DNA of 64,000 nt from an uncultured cyanobacterium (GCA_963766075.1 CAVYAN010000017.1:101727-165726); one strand, 5' to 3'; shown: positions 40,204-51,852, counted from the stretch's first letter. Notes: generated from the sequence alone by a model not told the origin. Numbers and translations are program-made.

Positions 40204-41859
40204 ATGGGACAGCACTACGATCGCGCACGTCTTTTATACGATCTAGGACGCTACACCGAAGCTGTGGTAGAGCTTCAGCGAGAGATGGCGGTCAACCCAG
40301 AGGACACCATCACGCAAGCGTTTTTGGGCGTGTGTCTTTCAGAATGTCATGAGCACGAGGCAGCCTTGCAAACCGTTGATCAAGCCGTCAGCGTTGATCC
40401 CAACTGCGACTATGCCCACTTTGCTAACGCCACAATTTTGGCAAATTGCAGCCGCCTGCCAGAGGCAGAACGGGCCATTATCGAGGCGATTTGGTTAAAT
40501 CCGGGATCAGCCCGCAATTTCCGTCTGCAAGCCAGCATTTACTATGATCAAAGCCGTTGGCAAGAAGCATTGGAAGCCGCTCAAATGGGGTTGGAGATTG
40601 ATCCCCAGCATTTGGGCTGTCTTAACCTATGCGCTCTGGCCTGTATGCGTTTGGGGTATATGAGTGACGCGGAACAAACCTTGCGCGCGGCTCTGGGCAT
40701 TGATCCGGAAAATGCCTTCACCCATGCCAATCTGGGCTGGATTTATCATCAGCAGGGCAAAACGCAAGAGGCGGAGCGCCATTTCCAAGAGGTGCTGCGC
40801 TTGGAACCAGAAGATGGGTTTCGGCGAGGTTTTATTCGCGGCAAGTTGGGAGATATGCAGGGCGCAATTGAAGAATATGACGACATTCTGGGAAAAAATC
40901 CACAGGACGCACTGACGTACAATAATCGAGCCTATGCCCATTATGCGGTGAAGCACTACACCGAAGCTTTGGCCGACTATACGGTAGCCCTACAGTTAAA
41001 TCCGTCTTTGGTGTTGGCATATCGGGGACGCGGGGATACCTACTATGCCCTGGAAAACTATGCGGCAGCGGTAGCCGACTACAATCGGGCCTTGGAAATT
41101 GATCCAAATTATATCAAGGTGTTTTGCGATCGCAGCCTTGCTTACTGTGCCCTCCGTGATCGCGAGGCAGCTACCCGCAGTTGCGACCAACTCCTGCGAT
41201 TGCAGCCCAATGACGCGATCGCCTACAGCACCCGCAGCTATGTCTACTATTGGTTTGGGGATTACGGGCAGGCGTTGGCGGATTGCCAGCACGCCCTGGC
41301 ACTGGATGGGAATTGCTTTGATGCCCGCTGCAATTTAGGATTAATTCACCAGGCTCTGGGACAATTACCCCAGGCCATTGAGGCATTTCAAGGGGCGCTG
41401 CGGATTGATCCGGCTTCAGCCTGGGTCCATCATAAGCTGGGCTATTTGTACTATGGCCAGCAGCGTTATTCGGACACGATTCGGTGTTTTGACGAGGCCA
41501 TTCGGCTGGATCGGCATTATGCGATCGCCTATCGCGATCGAGCTTGTGTGAATATGCAGCTCAATGCCACCCAGCATGCCCAAGAGATTATCCAAGACTG
41601 TTCTGCATTCTTGAGGCTCAAACCTGACGATGCTCAGTGTTTAGAGGTATACGGCTGGCGGGCCTATGCCTATCTAGAGCTGGGCAAAAATCAAGCCGCG
41701 ATCGACGACTATAACCGGGTGTTGCAGCGGCAACCGCATCACCTTTTGGCAACCGTGAATCGCACAGATGCCCAGATTCGCTTGGCTTTGCAAACGTGGG
41801 TTGAATCGACCGTGGGGCGATTTTGGAGTCTGTCAGAAACTAAATTTTCAGAACATTAA
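40204..41859 (+). CDS. Tetratricopeptide repeat protein
   Basis: Continuous 34-aa TPR units; starts immediately after the ATPase stop. Confidence 0.9.
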   Translation: MGQHYDRARLLYDLGRYTEAVVELQREMAVNPEDTITQAFLGVCLSECHEHEAALQTVDQAVSVDPNCDYAHFANATILANCSRLPEAERAIIEAIWLNPGSARNFRLQASIYYDQSRWQEALEAAQMGLEIDPQHLGCLNLCALACMRLGYMSDAEQTLRAALGIDPENAFTHANLGWIYHQQGKTQEAERHFQEVLRLEPEDGFRRGFIRGKLGDMQGAIEEYDDILGKNPQDALTYNNRAYAHYAVKHYTEALADYTVALQLNPSLVLAYRGRGDTYYALENYAAAVADYNRALEIDPNYIKVFCDRSLAYCALRDREAATRSCDQLLRLQPNDAIAYSTRSYVYYWFGDYGQALADCQHALALDGNCFDARCNLGLIHQALGQLPQAIEAFQGALRIDPASAWVHHKLGYLYYGQQRYSDTIRCFDEAIRLDRHYAIAYRDRACVNMQLNATQHAQEIIQDCSAFLRLKPDDAQCLEVYGWRAYAYLELGKNQAAIDDYNRVLQRQPHHLLATVNRTDAQIRLALQTWVESTVGRFWSLSETKFSEH

Positions 41860-41994
41860 ATTCTACGGAAAGAAGGCGGGCAGGCGGCAGCGGGCAGCTT
41901 GACACCGGGGGGAAAGGCAACAGAGCCTTAGGAAGAAGGGATGGGTTCTCCCTAAGGCCGCATTCAGTCGTCAGAAATTGCCTTACAAATTGCC

Positions 41995-43497
41995 TTACAG
42001 GCGGTTGATCGGATTATCGATGGGACTTAAATCACCGATAAACTTCAGCAAGTCAGCCATGGTAAACGTTCCTGGAATCGCACTGGGCAGTGTCGGTGTC
42101 CAGTCGAAATTTCGCGTCAAGTAAGAGTTGCTATCGCTTTCTAGCAAGCCGATGAAGACTTCGGCGATGATTCGACTGCCGACTTGTCCCAAGCGCAGTC
42201 CTTCGCCCTGAATTTCGGCTTCCTTGAGGATGTAATACCACAGGGGAGTTTCGCGATCGAATCCGTGCTTTTGGGCCACAGCGCCATCCACACCCGTCGC
42301 AATTTGTTCTGGTTTCAAGGGTTTAAACCGCATGCGGCGCGCAATACTTTGGCCAGTGGGTAAGCCCAAACTGCGCCCTCGCAGGAGGTTTCGCACCGCC
42401 AGCGAACTGGGAGAGGGAACATTCGGCAGATTTTTGAGTGGATCAACCAGGAACGGATCGAGTTTGCGGCTGGAGTTGACGCTCACGGCAGGATCGAGTT
42501 CAAAAAACCGCCGCCAATCAATGATCCAATCGCTAGGGATCGGTACTGGAAAAGGATCCGTGGGATTCCCCGATTTACCAGTGAAGGCAAATAAAAGTTC
42601 CAACGTCGCCGGTGTCACCCCACCGGGTCGGGGCGTAAACACACGGTTATAGTCGTAGGCCGATCGCACCATGCTGTGCCCCAAGCGGTAGGCCGCAACC
42701 GAAAATTCCACTGGAATAAACGGCTGGCTGGAGAAACGGTAAAACTGGCGTCCGTTTTGTAAGACATCATCCAACTGCTGGGCGTCCAAAATGCGGCGTA
42801 AAAAGTCGTGGACAACGATCCATTGATAATGCCAAATCACTAGATCCCGCGCTTCTTCAAAAATCGATTTGCGCAACGGCGCACGGCGGGCGATCGTGCG
42901 ATTTTTGAGTCCTTCCACCACCCGATTATGGAATTTCAAAAATGCTAGGTGCAGTTGGGCCACAATCAGGTTCTCATCATTGCGAGGATCGCCAACGATC
43001 GCTAGCCCACTGGCCGCACGGGGTAAGTCATTCGGCAGATTTGGTTTAACCTTCGGATCGCCACCGCCGGGATTCCCATTGGTATTGCCAATGGCAAACA
43101 ACTCTTGCGGGGCAAACCCATTGCTCAGTTGATAAAGATAGGGTTGTACCGAAGGGCCCATGCCATAGAGATTATCCAGTTCCAGCATGGGCGTGCGGAA
43201 GTTGGTGATGGCCATCGGATCGACCATGACTTCTTGCAGGGATGTGGTGTCGAAGGTAATGTCATGATCGATAAATTGCCCCAGATAGGTGAAGCCTGCA
43301 GGCACTTTTAAGTTATTGCCACTTGGCGCATCTTTACTGCCATCGGTCATGGCGTCGCCCAGCTCTTTCAAGCTTTGCTCTGAGGGCGTGAAGGGTCGCA
43401 GGGCCGGAAACATGCGCCCAAATTTACCGCTCGGGGCTGATTCGCCAGCGGGACAATTTTCGCCATTGCGATTGCTAAATCCATGAAATCGAGCCAT
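41995..43497 (-). CDS. Heme peroxidase (peroxidase-cyclooxygenase superfamily)
   Basis: GQFIDHD, GDPRNDEN, AAYRLGHS, TPLWYYIL. Confidence 0.9.
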   Translation of the reverse strand: MARFHGFSNRNGENCPAGESAPSGKFGRMFPALRPFTPSEQSLKELGDAMTDGSKDAPSGNNLKVPAGFTYLGQFIDHDITFDTTSLQEVMVDPMAITNFRTPMLELDNLYGMGPSVQPYLYQLSNGFAPQELFAIGNTNGNPGGGDPKVKPNLPNDLPRAASGLAIVGDPRNDENLIVAQLHLAFLKFHNRVVEGLKNRTIARRAPLRKSIFEEARDLVIWHYQWIVVHDFLRRILDAQQLDDVLQNGRQFYRFSSQPFIPVEFSVAAYRLGHSMVRSAYDYNRVFTPRPGGVTPATLELLFAFTGKSGNPTDPFPVPIPSDWIIDWRRFFELDPAVSVNSSRKLDPFLVDPLKNLPNVPSPSSLAVRNLLRGRSLGLPTGQSIARRMRFKPLKPEQIATGVDGAVAQKHGFDRETPLWYYILKEAEIQGEGLRLGQVGSRIIAEVFIGLLESDSNSYLTRNFDWTPTLPSAIPGTFTMADLLKFIGDLSPIDNPINRL

Positions 43498-43927
43498 TGC
43501 TAAACGTCCTTCAATGATGAGGTTGGGTGGTGTGGTCGAGTCAAAAAGCCCACCCCAAAACTGTGGCTCAAGCAGTTGAGAAATAAGGGTACCCGGATGG
43601 GGAGTTTTGCAGAATTCAATTCACGATTTCATCTAATTCGCATCTAATTCGCATACGACGTGGCGCTGGGAAATCGCTGACAATTGCTCAAAATAATCGC
43701 CCCGTAACGCACAGGCAAGCCGCGTGACTCGCCAAGTTGGTGGGGAACGGGATTCGCTGGTAGGGGCGATTGCACAGTGATCCCGGACCTCCACAAAAGC
43801 GATCAGTTGGCGACGAGGCTGGGATCTTGACGTGCATTTAGCCAAAGTTTTGTACCGCATTCCCGGGGGAATTGCTATAGTCTCCAACATCTCGCCCCAC
43901 TTAGTCCTCTGCAATTGGATCGTTTCC

Positions 43928-45624
43928 ATGACAGTTTCCACCCCGCCTGCCCCGCTTTCCCCCTGGAGTCCGTTGCGACAACCCGTATTTCGATCGCTCT
44001 GGCTAGCCTCGGCGTTTTCCAGCGTTGGGACCTGGATGCACGATGTCGGTGCCGCTTGGCTAATGACTTCCCTAGCACCGGGGTCGCCGTTTTGGGTGGC
44101 GCTGATGCAGGCAGCGGGGAGCTTACCCTTCTTTCTGCTGGCTTTGCCCGCCGGGGCGATCGCGGACATTATCGATCGCCGCACCTTGCTGCTGCTGACC
44201 CAAGGGTGGATGTGTCTGGTGGCCACAACCTTGGGACTATTGACCCTCACCCATCAGATGACGCCCACGCTGCTGCTGGGGCTGACCTTTGCCCTCAGTT
44301 TAGGCACTTCGATGAACCTGCCGGTGTGGCAGGCTACCATGCCCGAACTCGTAACTAGAGCTGAATTACCCGCTGCCGCAACCCTGAATGGATTGGTGAT
44401 TAATTTAGCGCGATCGGTCGGACCCGCGATCTCGGGTCTGCTGATTGCTGCAGCCGGGGGCAATCCCGGCATTGTGTTTTTGCTGAATGCCACATCCTTT
44501 TTGAGTGTGATCATCACCGTATATCGCTGGCGCAATGTGCCCAAGGTCCAAGCGTTACCGGCGGAACGCTTTATTGGCGCGATGCAAGCTGGGATCCGCT
44601 ATACGCGCTATGCGCCACAACTGCAAACGGTATTGGTGCGATCGGGAGCCTATATCTTATTTACTTGATTTAGTTTGTGAGAAACCATCCGATTTTCCTG
44701 GTATTGGTGCGATCGGGAGCCTATATCTTATTTACCAGTGCGCTGTTTGCCTTGCTACCAACGCTAGGACGGCGCGAATTGGGATTGGATGCCTTGGGCT
44801 ATGGCACAATGCTAGGCTTTTGGGGCATCGGTGGACTAGCGGGAGCCTTTATTTTGCCCAGGGTTCGCCGACGCTTTAGCACCGATCACGTCGTCGCTGG
44901 CGGCACGATTTTGCTGAGCACCACCATGCTGATTTTGGCACAGCTACGCAATTTCCCCGGCGTTTGTGCAGTAATGCTGCTGGTGGGCATCGGGTCGATT
45001 AGTGTCATGGTGAGTTTGAATGCCACGGCCCAAACTGCGGTGCCGACGTGGGTAAGAGCGCGGGCTTTGGCAATTAATCTGCTGCTGTTTCAGGGCTGTA
45101 TGACGGTGGGCAGCTTGCTTTGGGGCGCGATCGCGCAACGTTCTGGCATTCAGCTAGCTTTGACAATGGCAGCGATCGGGCTGATGGGGACGACCTTATT
45201 ATCTAAGCGCTTTTGCCTTCAATGCACTGAGAAAATGGACCTATCTGCATCACTGCATTGGGATCAGCCATTTCATTCTTTTGAACCCTGTCCCAATGAT
45301 GGTCCGGTCATGATTACGATTGAATATCGCATTGATACGGCCAAAGCTGCCGCCTTTAGTGCTGCCATGGCGGCGCTCAGCCATATTCGCCGCCGCGATG
45401 GGGCTATTTACTGGGGTTTATTTCAAGATTTATCGGAGCCGGGGCGCTTCGTGGAAAGTGTGATCGTGGAGTCCTGGATGGAGCATCGGCGACAGTATGA
45501 ACGCATCACCCTGGCGGACAAGGTGGTGGAAGAACGGGCTTGGTCGTTTCACATCGGCGCAGCTCCACCCCAGATTTCCGAGATGATCTACGCCCATCCA
45601 GGGATTGAAGACAATAAGGCTTGA
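43928..45624 (+). pseudogene. MFS transporter (DUF894/MFS_3-like) interrupted by a 71-bp insertion
   Basis: Two ORFs share the duplicated peptide VLVRSGAYILFT; removing 71 bp restores one 541-aa frame. Confidence 0.85.
44629..44735 (+). repeat. 36-bp perfect direct repeat flanking a 35-bp unique insert
   Basis: GGTATTGGTGCGATCGGGAGCCTATATCTTATTTAC at 44629-44664 and 44700-44735. Confidence 0.95.
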
Positions 45625-45705
45625 TCAAGCGATCGCTCTCTTTTCCCCATCATGGCAACACGATATTTCCGATCATGCAACAGAGATCCTCTCACCGGCA
45701 CTCTG

Positions 45706-46278
45706 TTACGGATTCGTGACAGAAGGACTGGGTATCGGCGGACTATTAGACGGCACCGTCATTGGTGAACTGGATGCCTCCGGCTTCGCCGAGGGTAGCG
45801 GTGCCGCTAAATGGTCTGCCACCAGCCGATACCCCACATAGGCCGGAACCACCATCGCCACCAAAAACGCGATCGCCACCCCCACACGTCGCCAACTCAG
45901 TCCTGACCCATACTCCGTGCGGTAGGGGTCAAAGGCCAACTGGTCCGCCTTTACCAAATCGCGTAGCGCCAGCGGTCGCTTGAATCGAACCCGGCGATTG
46001 TCCAGCTTTTCCAGCAGCACCCAGCCCGCCTGTGCTTCTTCCGCGCACAGCTTGGCAAACCGGGCAGGATCGCGAAAAGCATGCCACCGCGCCCGCACGA
46101 TTTTATACTCCCAACCATTCAACCGCGGATCGGGTCGATTGCCGCCCCGCCCGGTCACCTCCGCATTCTCATAGGTTGTCAACTTTTCTTCCTCCTCCTG
46201 TTGCTCATGCACCTGCCGCCGCCAAGTGACTATGATCGCCGTTGGCACACCCACCACCCACCACCCCAGCTCGATCAT
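45706..46278 (-). CDS. Hypothetical membrane protein
   Basis: WEYKIVRA..LCAEEAQAGWVLLEKLDNRRVRFKRP block with flanking TM segments. Confidence 0.7.
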   Translation of the reverse strand: MIELGWWVVGVPTAIIVTWRRQVHEQQEEEEKLTTYENAEVTGRGGNRPDPRLNGWEYKIVRARWHAFRDPARFAKLCAEEAQAGWVLLEKLDNRRVRFKRPLALRDLVKADQLAFDPYRTEYGSGLSWRRVGVAIAFLVAMVVPAYVGYRLVADHLAAPLPSAKPEASSSPMTVPSNSPPIPSPSVTNP

Positions 46279-46313
46279 TCCCCAGCTCCCAACCTGCTTA
46301 TCCCCCCAACCTT

Positions 46314-47447
46314 TTACACCAGGATCTTGCGATCCGTCATCTTTCCTTCAATGTATCCTTCCACCAGGAGATCCGCGCCGATCGATTGCCAACTGACATC
46401 CCGCAACGCCACCGCATCCGTCATTAGCGACAAACCCAAGTCCCCCACAGGCGAAGCCGCCGCACTCCCGCCAATGATTTTCGGCGCAATAAAAGCCAGA
46501 ACTTTTTGGATAGAGCCATCGGCGATCGCCCGCGCCGCTAAGGTCCCGCCACATTCCCACAACACCGAGAGAAATCCCAGATCCGATAAATGGGCCATCA
46601 CCTTCGCCGGAGTCAGCGCATCAAAGGCCACCACCTGAACCCCCTGGGATCGCAACCAGTCCTGAAACTCGGGCTTGGCTCCCGATACCGTAGCCACCAA
46701 AGTAGGAGCCATCGCCGTAGACCACAGATTCGCACTCATCGGTAAATCGAGCGATCGGCTCATCACTACCCGCAACGGCGTAGATCCCGGTTGCCGACTG
46801 GTCAACAACGGGTTATCCGCCCGCACCGTATTCCCGCCGACCACCACCGCCTCACAGGCAGCACGCAGTTGGTGTACCCTTTGTCGCGCCAGGGCACCCG
46901 TCACCCAGGCACTATGCCCCCCTGCCGCCGCAATCTTGCCATCCAACGTCATGGCATATTTCAAAATCCCGAAGGCCCGCCCCTGTAGCATCCGATGAAC
47001 AAAAGCTTCATTCAATCGCTGGCAAGCTGCCGCTTCCACCCCTACAACTACCGCTATGCCTGCCTGCCGTAATTTTTCCAGGCCCCGGCCCGCCACCTGG
47101 GGATTGGGATCCACCATACCCACCACCACCCTGGTGACTTCCGCCGCAATCAAAGCCTCGGCACAGGGGGGCGTCCGTCCGTAGTGGCTGCACGGCTCTA
47201 AATTGACATACACCGTGGCGCCCCGCGCCCGATCGCCCGCCGCCCGCAATGCAAACACCTCGGCATGGGGGTCACCCGCACGGGGATGATACCCCTCGCC
47301 CACAAGGGTATCGCCCTGGACCACCACCGCCCCCACGAGGGGATTCGGTGCTGTTTTGCCCGCAGCTTGCTGCGCGAGCACGATACAGCGCTGCATATAG
47401 CGGCGATCGTCCGCAGTTTCCCCATCTACCCACTCAATTTCTGCCAT
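46314..47447 (-). CDS. ribD: Riboflavin biosynthesis deaminase/reductase
   Basis: PNPLVG, HAE, LEPCSHYGRTPPC, TLDGKIA, ECGG. Confidence 0.95.
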   Translation of the reverse strand: MAEIEWVDGETADDRRYMQRCIVLAQQAAGKTAPNPLVGAVVVQGDTLVGEGYHPRAGDPHAEVFALRAAGDRARGATVYVNLEPCSHYGRTPPCAEALIAAEVTRVVVGMVDPNPQVAGRGLEKLRQAGIAVVVGVEAAACQRLNEAFVHRMLQGRAFGILKYAMTLDGKIAAAGGHSAWVTGALARQRVHQLRAACEAVVVGGNTVRADNPLLTSRQPGSTPLRVVMSRSLDLPMSANLWSTAMAPTLVATVSGAKPEFQDWLRSQGVQVVAFDALTPAKVMAHLSDLGFLSVLWECGGTLAARAIADGSIQKVLAFIAPKIIGGSAAASPVGDLGLSLMTDAVALRDVSWQSIGADLLVEGYIEGKMTDRKILV

Positions 47448-47547
47448 CGTCCGTTGCCATGACCTCTTCGAGAAGCGATACCCCAATGACTTCTCCGTCG
47501 AGATTTTAACCTGTCGCCCTCGACCTGCCGCCCTCGACCCACCGCCA

Positions 47548-49582
47548 CTACGGTGAAAACGTAATCCCTTGAAAAACCTCCCTCGGTAACTCCACCCGTA
47601 AATCCTCCATCCGCAGGGGCAACCAAATCCTAAAGGTACTGCCTGCACCGGGTTTCGATTGAAACGAGACAGTGCCCCCGTGCAGCTCTGCCAAGCGTTT
47701 GGTCAGGGCTAACCCCAAACCCGTACCTTCGTGTTGGCGCGTGTGGGAGGAATCAATTTGCTGAAACGGGCGAAACAGGAGATGCCAGCGTTCTTTGGGA
47801 ATGCCAATACCGGTATCCCGGACCTCCAGACACAGGTAAGGGGCATCGGCACTCACCGGGCTGCGATCGGGGCGGATATCGTAGCAGTTCATAACCATAG
47901 TCAATACGCCCGCCCAGGCGAATAGAGCCATTTTCCGGGGTGAACTTCACCGCGTTGGACAGAAGGTTGATCACCATTTGGCGGACGCGGCGTTCGTCCA
48001 GGGGCACGTGATGCAAATGTGCTGCCACATCCACCGACAAAGACAGGTGTTTTTTCTCGGCCCGGGGCATCACCATCCGCAGGCACTGATCGCACAAATC
48101 CTGGATGGCCAAGGGTTGCAGGTTGAGTTCAACCCGACCCGCCTCAATTTTAGCAATGTCTAACAAATCATTGATGATTTTGAGTAGGTGAATCGCCGCA
48201 TCGTCCGCTTGCAAGAGAAAATCCAACTCCTCCTCGCGATCGTCGCAGCAGCCGTCCCGCACCAGCCGAACACATCCAATAATGGCATTCAGGGGGGTCC
48301 GAAGTTCGTGGGAGGTCGTGGCTAGGAATTCACTTTTCAGTTGATTCGCCACCTGCGCCTCTTGCCAAGCCGCTTCCAACTCTTCAGCCCGCTCTTGCAG
48401 GCTTTCCACCATGCTGTCTAGCGCTTCCGCTAGGTGATCAATTTCCCTGATCTTGAAATTTTTGGGAGCATGGTTATCCACCGGAATCAGGCTATCCACC
48501 GCGATCGCCCCATCGCTGTCCACGCCCGTCTGCCGCCGATAAATCCTCTGGGCGTAATCACTGAGCCGCTCAATCGGCGCGGCCAAGTCACGGGCCAGAT
48601 AGAGCGCGACCATCACATTCACAATCACCAAGCCCAAGATTAAGATGACCAGCACCTGCTTAATCTCTTCTAACCCATAGAGGGCTTTATCCAGAGGCGA
48701 AGCCGCCAGAATCGTCCAACTGCGCCGTTCCGTGGGTGCGGTATTTACTTCAATCGAGCTGTAGCCCACCAGCCATTCCGCCCCATCCCCAAAGGAAAAT
48801 AGACTCAGAAAATCTTGATCACCAGCGATCGCCTTGGTCAACACCTTTTGGAGCTGGGCCGCATCCTTTTCTTGCTTGATATTATGACCAATCTTATCCA
48901 TCTGCGGATGGGCCAAAATCATGCCATCCTGATCAATCACCACGGTTGATCCCGTCAACGAACCGCGCTGATTCGTCGCCTGCCGATGCACTGCTGACTG
49001 CACACTCAAGTCATAGCGCAATCTCCCGGCCCCATCGTAAATCGAGGTGCTAAAGATCAAATCCAATTGTCGTAGCTTCGCGTTTGATGCATCGGCTGAC
49101 CGGGACGGATGAAGCGGCATCACCGGAGACACCCGTACCGTAGTGCGCGGATCCACAAACCCCTGACCCAGAGTGTCCCTCCCTCTTGCCGCAGCGAGGG
49201 CAATCCCCTCAGGGCCACAGGAGCTAGCCACCACTTGCATGGTGCGCATATTCGTTAACTGAACACATTGCACCCCCGTGGGCAACCAACGCACCATGCG
49301 CGTTACAAAGTCCTGAGCCCGATCGGGCTGGAGGGTATTCAGTTGCAGAGAGAGAGCCTCGTTGGCAATCACCAAGTTCGCCCGCATGGATTCAATGCGA
49401 TCGCGAATATTTTCGCCCTTCTGAACGGCGCTTTCCGTCAAATTCTGCCGTGCCGTTTCCAGTAAACTCGCGCGCGCCTTGTGATAGGTCACCAGTTCCC
49501 CCGTGAGCAACACGGGTATACTCAGCAGCAAAAGCCTCGACAGCAGCATGCGGCGAAATGACGATTGACCCAATTTAGCCAT
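47548..49582 (-). pseudogene. Sensor histidine kinase (Cache-HAMP-HisKA-HATPase) with frameshift near 47881
   Basis: SHELRTPL and NLLSNAVKFT in one frame; DTGIG and GTGLGL G-boxes in another. Confidence 0.85.
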
Positions 49583-49877
49583 AGGGCGGGTGAAGACAGC
49601 ACAACTGAACGGCTTGACAAAAAACTCTACCCAGGCAATTCAATCAAATTGCTGGCCAATTGCTGGCATGGTTCTACGGGGACGCTTTTACCAACATGCT
49701 GTTCTGGCATAACTTTATAGGCAATAACACGCTGAACAGCGACAGCAATAAAGCACCCAACCTGGCAAAGCCACCCTAACGGTCGGCTATGTTCACTAAT
49801 TATTACAGGGTGTATAGGCTTTAAGCTATGAATGTTTCGATATAAACCACGCAAATCTTCACGATTGCCTTGAATCC

Positions 49878-50588
49878 ATGCGTCGCCCCGCCATAACGGT
49901 TATTCTCGCTACCAGCCTGGATGGTAAAATTGCCGATTTTCAGCGTACTGCGGCTCGGTTCAGCTCCCCGAGGGACCAAAGCCACCTCGAAAGCCGCATT
50001 GCCGAAGCGGATGCAGTGCTATTTGGCGCAGGCACCCTGCGCGCCTATGGCACCACCTTGCGAGTATCGACCCCCGCATTGTTGCGTGCACGCACCCTAG
50101 CAGGCCGCCACCACCAGCCGATTCAGATTGTTTGTTCCCCCTCAGGGCAACTGGATGCCGACTACCGATTCTTTAGTCAGCCGGTGCCCCGTTGGTTGCT
50201 GACGACAGCCACCGGAGCCTTATCTTGGCAGCATTCAGAGCAGTTCGATCGCATCTTAATTGCCCCTACCCAAACCCCCATCGCCCCCACCCTGGACTGG
50301 CCACCCGTCATGCAGCAACTCGCTGAGTTAAACATTGAACATTTGGCCGTTCTAGGCGGTGGCACCTTGGTCGGATCGTTGTTTACGGCAGGGCTGATCG
50401 ATGACCTATGGCTCACCCTTTGCCCCCTCGTCTTGGGCGGCCAAACCGCACCCAGTTGGGTAGATCTTCCCGGTTGGCTACAAACCACTGCCCCCCGCTT
50501 AACCCTGGTCAGTTGCACCCCGGTCCATGATGAGCTGTTTATTCACTATCGGGTGCATTCATCCCAGCATCTCCCAGACCTGTATTAA
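49878..50588 (+). CDS. RibD C-terminal domain reductase
   Basis: ATSLDGKIA, FGAGT, LGGGTL, IDDLWLT. Confidence 0.85.
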   Translation: MRRPAITVILATSLDGKIADFQRTAARFSSPRDQSHLESRIAEADAVLFGAGTLRAYGTTLRVSTPALLRARTLAGRHHQPIQIVCSPSGQLDADYRFFSQPVPRWLLTTATGALSWQHSEQFDRILIAPTQTPIAPTLDWPPVMQQLAELNIEHLAVLGGGTLVGSLFTAGLIDDLWLTLCPLVLGGQTAPSWVDLPGWLQTTAPRLTLVSCTPVHDELFIHYRVHSSQHLPDLY

Positions 50589-50619
50589 GCTGTATGAAGT
50601 TCACTCCCCTTGGCCCACC

Positions 50620-51852
50620 GTGAGTCAGTCAAAGCCCTTGTCTCCCAATTCATCAAAGTCCCCCGAATACTCCATCGCCTGGACCCAGTCTGTCGCAGAC
50701 CTGCCCCAATCGGCCTGGGATGATTTGGCCCTCCCGCTGAAAACCCCATTCTTTGAGTGGGACTGGCTACACAATATGGAAACCTCCGGCAGCGCCACGG
50801 CCAAGGCGGGATGGTTGCCCAATCATTTAACGGTGTGGCGCGATCGCACCTTGGTGGCGGTAGCCCCGCTCTATCTCAAAGGGCACAGCTACGGCGAATT
50901 TGTCTTTGACCAACAGTGGGCCGAGTTAAGCGATCGCCTTGGCATTCAGTATTATCCAAAACTGCTGGGCATGTCGCCGTTTACCCCTGCTGAAGGATAT
51001 CGCTTCATCATTGCACCCGGGGAAGACGAAGGGGCATTAACCGCACTGATGGTTTGGGCCATTGATCAATTTTGCGATCGCAACCAAATTTCTGGCTGTA
51101 GCTTTTTGTATGTGGATCCGGCGTGGCGATCGCAAATGGAACGCCACGGCTTTGTCCCATGGCTGCACCACAGCTACATCTGGCAAAATGACGGCTTTCA
51201 AAGCTTTGAGGATTACCTCGGCTCCTTCAACGCTAACCAGCGGCGGAATATCAAGCGCGAACGCAAAGCTATGGAAACGGCGGGCCTGCATCTGAAAATC
51301 CACGCTGGCGAAGCGATCCCCCCGAATTTATTTCCGCTGATGTATCACTACTATGCCGACACCTGCGATAAATTTGGCTGGTGGGGCAGCAAGTATTTAA
51401 CCCCTAAGTTTTTTGAGCAGCTTTATCCCCGGTATGCCCATCGGGTCGTCTTTGCCGCCGCCTATGCCGAGTCCGATCCCCAGCAGCCGATCGGACTATC
51501 CTTCTGTTTAACCAAGGGATCAAATCTATACGGGCGCTATTGGGGATCAACGGCAGACATTGATTGTCTGCACTTTAATGCCTGCTATTACGCTCCGATT
51601 GAGTGGGGGATCGCCAACGGCGTACAAATCTTTGATCCGGGAGCGGGCGGGCGGCACAAAAAACGGCGCGGGTTTCCAGCCACCCCCAACTATTCTCTGC
51701 ATCGGTTCTATCCACCCCGGTTGAAGCAGTTGTTTAACCAATACATTAATCAAATTAACGAGATGGAACAACAGGAAATCGATGCGGTGAATCAGGAATT
51801 GCCGTTTACCCAGCGTCGAATTGTTCTGGATGTAGAACCGGGCACTCCCTGA
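50620..51852 (+). CDS. GNAT/FemAB-like protein (DUF482)
   Basis: KGHSYGEFVFD, YYPKL, GRYWG, LHFNACYY, GAGGRHK; start uncertain. Confidence 0.85.
   Translation: MSQSKPLSPNSSKSPEYSIAWTQSVADLPQSAWDDLALPLKTPFFEWDWLHNMETSGSATAKAGWLPNHLTVWRDRTLVAVAPLYLKGHSYGEFVFDQQWAELSDRLGIQYYPKLLGMSPFTPAEGYRFIIAPGEDEGALTALMVWAIDQFCDRNQISGCSFLYVDPAWRSQMERHGFVPWLHHSYIWQNDGFQSFEDYLGSFNANQRRNIKRERKAMETAGLHLKIHAGEAIPPNLFPLMYHYYADTCDKFGWWGSKYLTPKFFEQLYPRYAHRVVFAAAYAESDPQQPIGLSFCLTKGSNLYGRYWGSTADIDCLHFNACYYAPIEWGIANGVQIFDPGAGGRHKKRRGFPATPNYSLHRFYPPRLKQLFNQYINQINEMEQQEIDAVNQELPFTQRRIVLDVEPGTP

Noticed and set aside
44629..44735. Functional CRISPR locus or IS footprint
   Set aside because: Single unit made of coding sequence with no leader or cas; duplication too long for an IS and the insert lacks terminal inverted repeats.
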